Below are positions 18,952-26,604 of a DNA stretch of 52,473 nt, one piece after another. Origin of the DNA: an uncultured Alphaproteobacteria bacterium (GTDB lineage Bacteria > Pseudomonadota > Alphaproteobacteria > Geminicoccales > Geminicoccaceae); the NCBI GenBank assembly GCA_937926445.1, contig CALBAK010000064.1, positions 1 to 52,473 on the forward strand, written 5' to 3'. Both the position numbers and the translations under genes were made by a program. Positions within the stretch are counted from its first letter, which is position 1, and every line of letters begins with the position of its first letter. The notes under the pieces are model-generated. The model was given only the letters and a program-made list of their open reading frames with translations. It was not told the DNA's origin and did not search any database.

Positions 18952-19589
18952 ACACCGAGCTGACGCGTGACGACCTGCTGTTCGAGCACGCGGCCGGGCA
19001 TCTCCCGGAGCCGATCGCGCTCGTGGTCGACACTCACTTGGCACTCTCGGCCGAGGCCCGGGCGCGCTTCGCCGCTTGCCTGGCACTCGGTGGCGCGCTC
19101 CTCGAGGAGGTGGAGCCCGAGCCCCTGGCGGCGGGCGCCTGGCAGCGCCTGGAGCGTAAGTTGGAGCGGGAAAGAGCTCTGCCTCGGCGCGAGTCGGAGC
19201 CCGTCGACCCGCGCGTCCCGCGGCCGCTCCGCCGGCTCGTCCCGCGCGGCTTCGACGCGCTGCCTTGGCGTAATCTCGGACCCGCGCAAGAGGTCGTCCT
19301 GCCGATCGGACCGCCCGGCTACCGGACTCGCCTGTTGCGTCTAAAGGCCGGTAAGAGCGTGCCTCGTCACACCCACGAGGGCCACGAGCTCACTGTGGTG
19401 ATCGAGGGCGGCTTCACTGACGTCCAAGGCCACCACGTCCGGGGCGATCTCGTGATCGCCGATCCCAGCGTCGAGCATCGGCCCATCGCCGATCCGGACG
19501 GCGATTGCCTGTGCCTCGCCGTCACCGACGCCCCGCTCCGGCTCACCGGGCCCATCGGCCGGCTTCTCAACCCGCTGTTGCGCATCTGA
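18948..19589 (+). CDS. chrR: anti-sigma factor ChrR (N-terminal zinc anti-sigma domain plus C-terminal cupin)
   Basis: ATG 18948 overlaps the rpoE TGA (ATGA). MNTELTRDDLLFEHAAGHLPEP...HTHEGHELTVVIEG cupin motif. 213 aa, in frame with track ORF 18621..19589. Confidence 0.8.
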   Translation: MNTELTRDDLLFEHAAGHLPEPIALVVDTHLALSAEARARFAACLALGGALLEEVEPEPLAAGAWQRLERKLERERALPRRESEPVDPRVPRPLRRLVPRGFDALPWRNLGPAQEVVLPIGPPGYRTRLLRLKAGKSVPRHTHEGHELTVVIEGGFTDVQGHHVRGDLVIADPSVEHRPIADPDGDCLCLAVTDAPLRLTGPIGRLLNPLLRI

Positions 19590-19697
19590 GTTCGCCTGGC
19601 GTGCGCGGGGCTTGACCGGGCGGCCGCGCCGGTCGATCACGGCCGCGACCCGCCGGCCCTAGCCGGTGCCGCGCTCCGCCGCTCGCCGGGAGGGCTC

Positions 19698-20504
19698 ATG
19701 GCCGACTCGAGCTTGCTGCACGCCCTGATCCTCGGGGTGGTCGAGGGCCTGACGGAGTTCCTCCCTGTCTCCTCGACCGGCCATCTGATCCTCGCCGGCT
19801 GGTTGCTGGGCTTCGCCGGTCCGCCCGGCAAGGTTTTCGAGGTGGCGATCCAGCTCGGCGCGATCGTCGCGGTCTGTATCCTCTATTTCCGCCGCCTCTG
19901 GCGGGTCGCCGCAGCACTGCCTTCGAGTGTCGCCGCCCGCCGCTTCGTGATGGCTCTCCTCCTGGGCTTCCTGCCGGCCATGGTCCTCGGGTTCCTGTTC
20001 CACGGCTTCATCAAGGGGGTGCTGTTCTCCCCCTGGGTCGTGGTCACCACCCTCGTGGCCGGTGGCATCGCGATCCTCTCGATCGAGCGGCTGCGGCCGA
20101 GGGTCCGGGTCGAGCGCGCCGAGGACGTGCCGCCGCGCACCGCCCTCGCGGTCGGCTTCTGCCAGGCGCTCGCCATGATCCCCGGTGTGTCGCGCTCCGG
20201 GGCCACCATTCTTGGAGGCGTGCTGCTCGGACTGGAGCGACGGGCGGCGGCCGAATTCTCCTTCTTCCTCGCGATCCCGACCATGCTCGCCGCCACGGTC
20301 TTCGATCTCTACAAAAACCGTGCTCTGCTGGCCGCGGACGACCTCGTCACGATCGCGGTCGGTTTCCTCGCCGCCATGATCACGGCGATGATCGTCGTCG
20401 AGGGCCTGCTGCGCTGGTTGCAGCGGCACACCTTCGAGCTCTTCGGCTGGTACCGGATCGCGGTCGGGCTCGTGATGGCGGCCCTGCTCGCGCTTTCGGC
20501 CTGA
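19698..20504 (+). CDS. uppP: undecaprenyl-diphosphate phosphatase
   Basis: Track ORF 268 aa. VSSTGHLIL and PGVSRSGATI motifs of the BacA/UppP family. GGGAGGG RBS. Confidence 0.9.
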   Translation: MADSSLLHALILGVVEGLTEFLPVSSTGHLILAGWLLGFAGPPGKVFEVAIQLGAIVAVCILYFRRLWRVAAALPSSVAARRFVMALLLGFLPAMVLGFLFHGFIKGVLFSPWVVVTTLVAGGIAILSIERLRPRVRVERAEDVPPRTALAVGFCQALAMIPGVSRSGATILGGVLLGLERRAAAEFSFFLAIPTMLAATVFDLYKNRALLAADDLVTIAVGFLAAMITAMIVVEGLLRWLQRHTFELFGWYRIAVGLVMAALLALSA

Positions 20505-20511
20505 GACCCGC

Positions 20512-20754
20512 TCAGTCTCGCTGCTCGATCCGGCAGACCGGGTCGCCGACCCCGAGGTCCGAGCCGGCCGCGGCCAGGATCTCGAGCAGCACCCCGTTGC
20601 AGGGCGCGGTCACCTCGCTCGTCACTTTCTCGGTTTTGACCTCGTAGAGCACGTCGCCCGCCGCGAAGCTGGCGCCGGCGGCGACCCGCCAGGCGACGAT
20701 CGTGCCCTCCTGCATGTTCATCGAGATCCGCGGGAGCTTGAGGAAGATCTTCAT
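20512..20754 (-). CDS. stand-alone lipoyl-attachment domain protein (about 80 aa)
   Basis: C-terminal 80 codons of track ORF 20512..21960: MKIFLKLPRISMNMQEGTIVAWRVAAGASFAAGDVLYEVKTEKVTSEVTAPCNGVLLEILAAAGSDLGVGDPVCRIEQRD, with the lipoyl-lysine context EVKTEKV. Its ATG overlaps the E1beta TGA (ATGA). Confidence 0.6.
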   Translation of the reverse strand: MKIFLKLPRISMNMQEGTIVAWRVAAGASFAAGDVLYEVKTEKVTSEVTAPCNGVLLEILAAAGSDLGVGDPVCRIEQRD

Positions 20755-21734
20755 GTCCCCCTCCGCCACCCGAGCGTCGCTCGCACCGCCTCCTCGATCC
20801 GGTCTACGCCGGGCAGGACCGCGCGCTCGAGCACGGGCGCGTAGGGGATGCAGCAGTCCGGCACGGTCACCCGCCGGATCGGCGCCACGAGCGCATCGAA
20901 CGCCCGCTCGACCACGAGTGCAGCCAGATGGCTCGCGACCGAGCAGGTGTCCCGCGCTTCGTCGACCACCACGAGCCGCCGCGTTCGCCGCACCGAGGCG
21001 AGGATGGCCTCGAGATCGAGCGGCACGACGGTCCGCGGGTCGACGACCTCGACCTCGATCCCCTCGCACGCGAGCACCTCGGCGGTCTTGAGGGCCGGGC
21101 GCACCATGGGACCGATCGCCACGAGGGTGAGATCGCGCCCGCTTCGCCGAACGGCCGCGTGCCCGAGCGGAATGACGTACTCTTCGTCCGGCACCTCGCC
21201 CGGTTCGCCGCCGCGACCGGCCGCTTGCAGGAAGAACACCGGGTCGTCGTCGCGGATGGCGGCCTTGAGCAGCCCTTTGGCGTCGGCCGGTGAGCCCGGC
21301 ATCACCACCTTGATCCCGCCGAGGTTGGCGAGCACGGGATGGATCGCATCCGAATGCTGCGCCGCCGCCGAACGTCCGCCGCCCGAGACTGCCAGATAGG
21401 TGATCGGCAGCTTGATCTGACCATTGGTCATGTAACGCAGCTTCGCCGCCTGGTTGGCGATCCCGTCCATGCCCGTATAGACGAAATTGCCGAACATCAT
21501 GTGACAGACGACACGCCACCCGGCCGCGGCGGCGCCCACCGCCATCCCGGAGATGAGGGCCTCGCAGATCGGCGTGTCGCGCACTCGGTCCGGCCCGAAG
21601 CGCTTCCAAAGCCCCTTGGTATCGCCGAACAGGCTCGCTTTCACGTCCTCGCCGAACAGGACGATCCGCGGATCCCGTTCCATCTCCTCGAGGAGCGCCT
21701 CGTTCATCGCTTGGATCATGCGCTTTCGGCTCAC
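20751..21734 (-). CDS. 2-oxoacid (acetoin/pyruvate-type) dehydrogenase E1 component beta subunit
   Basis: Track ORF 327 aa. Transketolase-like Pyr and C-terminal domains (MIQAMNEALLEEMERDPRIVLFGEDV...). GTG start overlaps the E1alpha TGA (GTGA). Confidence 0.85.
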   Translation of the reverse strand: MSRKRMIQAMNEALLEEMERDPRIVLFGEDVKASLFGDTKGLWKRFGPDRVRDTPICEALISGMAVGAAAAGWRVVCHMMFGNFVYTGMDGIANQAAKLRYMTNGQIKLPITYLAVSGGGRSAAAQHSDAIHPVLANLGGIKVVMPGSPADAKGLLKAAIRDDDPVFFLQAAGRGGEPGEVPDEEYVIPLGHAAVRRSGRDLTLVAIGPMVRPALKTAEVLACEGIEVEVVDPRTVVPLDLEAILASVRRTRRLVVVDEARDTCSVASHLAALVVERAFDALVAPIRRVTVPDCCIPYAPVLERAVLPGVDRIEEAVRATLGWRRGT

Positions 21735-22738
21735 GGCTCGACTCCTCGGGCGACCGCTGCGAACATGTGCCCACGCGCCGAAGCCGGCTCGGGCTCGGGC
21801 GAGGCTTCGGCGAAGTGCACCGCCTCGAGCACGATCGCCTCGATCTCGCGGTCGATCCGCGCGAGCTCGTCGGCGATCCCCGGCTCCCCCTCGCGTAGCC
21901 GGCGCGCAAAACGGTCGATCGGGTCGCGGGCTCGCCAGGCCTCGACCTCGGCCTCGCCACGATAGGGCTCGGTGATGAACGTCACCTCATACTCGACGTG
22001 ACCGCGGGTTCGGTAGGTGCGCGCCTCGATAAGGCTCGGTCCCTGCCCATCTCGTGCCCGTCGCACGGCCGCGTTCGCCGCCTGCCAGACCGCCACCACG
22101 TCGTTGCCGTCGATCTCCACGAAGGGCACTCCGAAGGGCCGGGCGCGCTCGGCGATCGAGCCCGAAGTCACCGTCGCGGTCGGAGAAAACTCGGAAAAGC
22201 CGTTGTTCTCGCACACCAGGATCAAGGGCAGCTTCCAGAGAGAGGCGACATTGAGCGCCTCCATGAGCACGCCCTGATTGGCGGCTCCGTCGCCGAAGAA
22301 GGCCACCGCCACCCGGCCGTCGCCGTCGAGCTGGGAGGCGAGTGCCGCGCCGGTCGCGAGCGCGATCCCGCCGCCTACGATGCCGTTCGCGCCGATGATC
22401 CCCTTCGAGAAATCGGCCACGTGCATCGAGCCGCCGAAGCCGCCGCAAATCCCGTCCGCCCGGCCGTAGATCTCCGCCATCATCCGTGCCGGATCGCCCC
22501 CTTTGGCGAGGAAATGGCCGTGACCGCGGTGCGTGCTCGTGATCCAATCGCGATCGGAGAGGTGCTGGCAGACACCGACCGCGATCGCCTCCTCACCGAC
22601 GTAGAGATGGACCGGTCCGGGTAGCTTGCCGGCGGCACAATCGCGGGCGAGCTGTTCCTCCATCCGGCGGATCAGCATCATCCGCCGGTACATTTCGAGG
22701 AGCTCTTCACGCGGAAGATTGCTGCCGGCTGCCGCCAT
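21731..22738 (-). CDS. 2-oxoacid dehydrogenase E1 component alpha subunit (TPP-binding)
   Basis: ATG at 22738 (M64 of track ORF 21731..22927). YRRMMLIRRMEE..., TPP motif GDGAANQGVLMEALNVASLWKLPLILVCENN. 335 aa. Confidence 0.85.
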   Translation of the reverse strand: MAAAGSNLPREELLEMYRRMMLIRRMEEQLARDCAAGKLPGPVHLYVGEEAIAVGVCQHLSDRDWITSTHRGHGHFLAKGGDPARMMAEIYGRADGICGGFGGSMHVADFSKGIIGANGIVGGGIALATGAALASQLDGDGRVAVAFFGDGAANQGVLMEALNVASLWKLPLILVCENNGFSEFSPTATVTSGSIAERARPFGVPFVEIDGNDVVAVWQAANAAVRRARDGQGPSLIEARTYRTRGHVEYEVTFITEPYRGEAEVEAWRARDPIDRFARRLREGEPGIADELARIDREIEAIVLEAVHFAEASPEPEPASARGHMFAAVARGVEP

Positions 22739-23558
22739 CGTCTCGACCTCGCACGGGCTCGGGTCGCGGCCCGAGATCGTCGCCCGGGTCGCCGCGCATC
22801 GTCCAGCCGCCGTCGACCGGCCAGACTGCGCCGGTGATGAACGCCGAATCCGGTTCGCACAGGAACGCGATGACGCGTGCGACCTCCTCGGGCCGTCCCC
22901 ACCGGCCGACCGGTGTCCGCTCTGCATAGCGGTCGTAATCGAGAATACCCTTGCGGATCCGCTCCTCGAGGACCGGGGTCAGGATGTAGCCCGGGGCCAC
23001 GGCGTTCACGGTGATGCCGTAACGAGCGTTCTCGAGCGCGAGCGCCCGGGTGAGACCGACGAGCGCGTGCTTGGCCGTCGTGTAGCCGGCCCGCCAGGGC
23101 AGGGCCACGAGCCCCAGGATCGACGAGATGTGGACGATCCGGCCGAAGCGCTGCGCCCGCATCGCCGGCACGCAGAGCGCCGCCATCCGCGCCGAGCCGT
23201 GCACGTGGATCGCAATCATCCGCTCGAAATGTGCGAACGACTGCTCGTGCAGGGGCTTGATCTCCTGCGCGTTGATCCCGGCGCAGCTCACGAGCACGCT
23301 CGGCGGGCCGACCGCCCGCTCGAGGGCGGCGTGCGCGCTGGCGCAGGTCTCGGGATCGGCGACGTCGCAGGCTTCACCCACGGCATCCACGGCGAGCTCC
23401 GCGCGGAGCTGCGCGGCGGTCGCGGCGATCCTATCCGCGTCGAGATCGACCAGCGCAAGCGCCGCCCCCATCCGACCGAGCGCACGGGCGGTGGCGAGCC
23501 CGATGCCCGAGGCGGCACCGGTCACGAGCGCCACCCGTCCCGCGAGCGTCCCTGCCAT
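22707..23558 (-). CDS. SDR family oxidoreductase (3-hydroxybutyrate / butanediol dehydrogenase-like)
   Basis: ATG at 23558 (M104 of track ORF 22707..23867), GGGGAGG RBS. TGAASGIG NAD motif, YTTAKHALVGLT catalytic Y-x3-K, NAVAPGYILTP. Overlaps the E1alpha start by about 30 nt. Confidence 0.75.
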   Translation of the reverse strand: MAGTLAGRVALVTGAASGIGLATARALGRMGAALALVDLDADRIAATAAQLRAELAVDAVGEACDVADPETCASAHAALERAVGPPSVLVSCAGINAQEIKPLHEQSFAHFERMIAIHVHGSARMAALCVPAMRAQRFGRIVHISSILGLVALPWRAGYTTAKHALVGLTRALALENARYGITVNAVAPGYILTPVLEERIRKGILDYDRYAERTPVGRWGRPEEVARVIAFLCEPDSAFITGAVWPVDGGWTMRGDPGDDLGPRPEPVRGRDDGGSRQQSSA

Positions 23559-23766
23559 GCTGCCTCCCCGTTCGACGCTAGCGAGCCTCGCCACCCGCCG
23601 AAGAGGCGTCAAGGCGGCCCGCGGGGCTCGTTCCGCAGGGCAGCGCTGCGGGTCGGGCGGGCCTGCGCCCGCTCTTGTCGCGGGAGCCCGCGGGCGGCAC
23701 TCTCGACGGCGAAGGCTCCCGCGTCCGTCCTGGGCGCCCGAGCGAGCCGTAGCCGGAGGAACGTTC

Positions 23767-24846
23767 ATGATCCGGAGCCCGACCCGCCGCCGCCTGCTCG
23801 CGCTGGCCGGTGCCGCGCTCGGTGCGAGTGCGCTGCCCGGCGGTCTCCGGGCCGCCGATCCGCTCAAGATCGGCTTTGTCTATGTCGGCCCGATCGGCGA
23901 TCACGGCTGGACCTATCGCCACGATCTCGGCCGGCAGGCGATCGAGAAGGCGCTCGGCGACAAGGTCCGCACGAGCTATGTCGAGAACGTCTCGGAGGGG
24001 CCCGACGCGGAGCGGGTCATTCGCCAGCTCGCGAGCTCCGGTCACGGGCTCGTCTTCGCGACCTCCTTCGGCTTCATGAATGCGACCGAGAAGGTCGCGC
24101 GCGCCTTTCCGAAGGTTAAGTTCGAGCACGCCACCGGCTACAAGCGGCTCGAGAACCTCGCGACCTACGACGCCCGCTTCTACGAGGGTCGGGCGGTGAT
24201 CGGCACGATCGCCGGTCATATGAGCAAGACCAAGAAGATCGGCTATATCGGCAGCTTCCCGATCCCCGAGGTCGTGATGGGCATCAACGCCTTCACGCTC
24301 GCCGCCCACAAGATCGACCCCTCGATCCGGGTCCGCGTGATCTGGGTCAACAGCTGGTACGACCCGGGCAAGGAGGCGGACGCCGCCAAGGCCCATATCG
24401 ACCAGGGTGCGGACATCATCGTCCAGCACACCGACAGCCCGGCCGCCGTCCAGGTCGCCGAGGAGCGCGACCTCATGGCCTTCGGCCAGGCCTCCGACAT
24501 GCGCCGCTTCGGCCCCAACGCCCAGCTCACAGCGATCGTCGACAATTGGGACGCGTATTACGTGAGCCGGGCCGAGGCGTTGCTCGATGGCACCTGGAAG
24601 AGCCACGCGGTCTGGATGGGGCTCAAGGACGGCGCTGTCGAGATCGCGCCTTACGGCCCCAAGGTGCCGCAGGCCGTGCGCGAGGCGGCCGACGCGGTCA
24701 AGAACGGCATCGTAGCCGGCACGCTGCATCCCTTCACCGGCCCCATCGAGGATCGAAAGGGCACCGTTCGCATTCCCGCCGGCCGGCACGCGACCGACGA
24801 GGAACTCCACAAGATGGACTGGTACGTCCCCGGCGTGACCGCCTGA
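23767..24846 (+). CDS. BMP family (basic membrane lipoprotein / PnrA-like) ABC transporter substrate-binding protein
   Basis: ATG at 23767 (GGAGGAA RBS), in frame with track ORF 23128..24846. Signal RRRLLALAGAALGASALPGGLRAADP, then PLKIGFVYVGPIGDHGWTY...typical of the BMP family. 359 aa. Confidence 0.8.
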   Translation: MIRSPTRRRLLALAGAALGASALPGGLRAADPLKIGFVYVGPIGDHGWTYRHDLGRQAIEKALGDKVRTSYVENVSEGPDAERVIRQLASSGHGLVFATSFGFMNATEKVARAFPKVKFEHATGYKRLENLATYDARFYEGRAVIGTIAGHMSKTKKIGYIGSFPIPEVVMGINAFTLAAHKIDPSIRVRVIWVNSWYDPGKEADAAKAHIDQGADIIVQHTDSPAAVQVAEERDLMAFGQASDMRRFGPNAQLTAIVDNWDAYYVSRAEALLDGTWKSHAVWMGLKDGAVEIAPYGPKVPQAVREAADAVKNGIVAGTLHPFTGPIEDRKGTVRIPAGRHATDEELHKMDWYVPGVTA

Positions 24847-24877
24847 CGGGTCCTCGTTGGCGCGCTCGAGCGTTCGG

Positions 24878-24902
24878 AAAAAAAGGCCGCCCGAAGGCGG
24901 CC
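24878..24902 (-). terminator. rho-independent terminator hairpin (GGCCGCC-cgaa-GGCGGCC) with an 8-U tail on the minus strand
   Basis: Perfect 7-bp GC stem at 24885-24902, preceded on the plus strand by a run of 7 A (24878-24884). Read on the minus strand this is hairpin plus T-tract, downstream of the MBL gene. It also lies 39 nt past the BMP stop, so it may act bidirectionally. Confidence 0.55.
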
Positions 24903-25075
24903 GAGTGAAAGGGGAGGCATCACAACGTCAGGGAGGACAGTGACCCGGCGCTGGCCTTTCCGGGTGTTCGCCCGGTGCGGTCGCCACCGCGTCACGAGCG
25001 ACAACCTACACCGGCAGGGCTGAAGAAATCGTTAACGGCACGCGCATATTTCCGGCTACTCGTGGCGGGTTCCGT

Positions 25076-26113
25076 TCAGGCATCCCCGGGTAGATCCGCC
25101 ACCGTGTGGCCTTCGAACGCGGCCTCGACCTCTGCTGCCAACAGCTCGTAACGCTCCGTGTAGCGCGGGGAGAAGTGGAAGGGGATCACCCTGCGAACGC
25201 CGGCGAGCCGAGCAAGGGTGCCCGCTTGCCGCGCAGTGAGGTGGCGCCGCGCCCGGGCCTGCGTCCGATCGCGGTCGAGGAAGGGAGCTTCTATCAGGAG
25301 CGTGTCCGCCCCGCGCGCGAGGCTCAAGATCCGCTCGATGTTCCGGCGCGTCCAGGCGCAGTCGGTGACGTAGACGATTCGCTGGCCCGCGACCACATCC
25401 AAAGTCTCCCGCCGCAACCTGCCGACCGGCACCACCCGTTCGCGCAGTCCCTCGGCCGTCCGCCAGCGCGCGACGATCGGGGTATCGTCGGGAACGGCCT
25501 CAAGTACCGCCTCCTTGAGATCGCGCAGCCACGGCCCGATGCCGAGGCCGAGCGCCTCGAGGTGGTTGCGCCGGATCTGCACGTGCTGCCGTTCCTCGAC
25601 CGAATAGGCGAGGCAGGATATCTCGTGATCCAACGGCACGGCCCGGAGAATGAGCCGCGGCTCCTCGCGGAGGAGGTCGCCTTCGACCCGCCACGCCTCG
25701 ATCGGGCTCGGGTGGAACCGGTCGCGAAGCGCCAGCCGGGCGCGGCGCCGATGGCCCTCTTCCAGGACCTCGATCACCTCGAACGTTACGCCCTCGCGAA
25801 AGCTTGCGGCCAGATTCCAACTGTAGGAGGCGAGCCGATGCGCGAGACGGTCGATCGTGCCCTCGGGGCCGACGAGCCGGATCGTCCGCTCGCGCCCGAG
25901 AACGACCCGCAACAGGCGCTCGAAGCCGCAGAAATGGTCGAGGTGGGTGTAGCTCAAGAGGATATCGCTCACGCGCAGGAGCTTGCGGGGCGAGAGGCCG
26001 CCCAGTTCGCCGAGGTCGAAGAGGAACGCCCGGCCGTCGCCGATCAGATCGGCGAACACTGCCGGATCGCCGACCGGTCCGTTGACGAGTTCGAGGTCGA
26101 AGGTGCTGCGCAT
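25076..26113 (-). CDS. MBL-fold metallo-hydrolase (RNase Z / beta-lactamase-like)
   Basis: ATG at 26113 (M139 of track ORF 25076..26527). The upstream part of the track ORF runs into a tRNA. YTHLDHFCG metal-binding motif. 345 aa. No clear SD. Confidence 0.6.
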   Translation of the reverse strand: MRSTFDLELVNGPVGDPAVFADLIGDGRAFLFDLGELGGLSPRKLLRVSDILLSYTHLDHFCGFERLLRVVLGRERTIRLVGPEGTIDRLAHRLASYSWNLAASFREGVTFEVIEVLEEGHRRRARLALRDRFHPSPIEAWRVEGDLLREEPRLILRAVPLDHEISCLAYSVEERQHVQIRRNHLEALGLGIGPWLRDLKEAVLEAVPDDTPIVARWRTAEGLRERVVPVGRLRRETLDVVAGQRIVYVTDCAWTRRNIERILSLARGADTLLIEAPFLDRDRTQARARRHLTARQAGTLARLAGVRRVIPFHFSPRYTERYELLAAEVEAAFEGHTVADLPGDA

Positions 26114-26483
26114 CGGTTTCGTGCGGCGGCGGGAGCGAGCTTCGGGGTCACGTCTTCGCAGGCCCCGATCGGGCCGGGGTGGGGCGCGTGGGAGCCTTGC
26201 GCCGCGACCTCTCGTCTCGATGATTCCGATCGGCCGGGTCGGGCATCGGTCGGCCGCGGGGCGGAGCCGGGGCGCTCGGCCGACGGGACCCGACCGCGCC
26301 CCGCTCGAAAGCCTTTTCCAAAGAACCTCGCCACCGGGCCGGCGTTCGGTCACGGTCCGTGGCGACAACGGGCGAGGCGCAGGTGCGCGAACGCGCTCCC
26401 TCCCGCGTACCCAGCCGCCGGCAACCAGGAAAGCGTAGTCGACCCCGGTGAGGGAGAAGAAGCATCGGTTCCGCGTGGATCTC

Positions 26484-26570
26484 TGGTGCCCCAGGAGGGA
26501 CTCGAACCCCCACGCCCGAGCGGGCAACAGATTTTGAGTCTGCCGCGTCTACCGGTTCCGCCACTGGGGC
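26484..26570 (-). tRNA. tRNA-Leu (anticodon CAA)
   Basis: Reverse complement GCCCCAGTGGCGGAACCGGTAGACGCGGCAGACTCAAAATCTGTTGCCCGCTCGGGCGTGGGGGTTCGAGTCCCTCCTGGGGCACCA: long variable arm, anticodon loop ACTCAAA, encoded CCA. 87 nt. Confidence 0.9.
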
Positions 26571-26604
26571 ACGTTCGCGGCTCTAGAACCCGGCTTCGGG
26601 CCGG

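Noticed and set aside
20512-21960. 482-aa ORF spanning the lipoyl carrier and E1beta regions.
   Set aside because: Only the last 80 codons (lipoyl domain) are genuine. Upstream it is an out-of-frame read-through of the E1beta gene region with low-complexity sequence.
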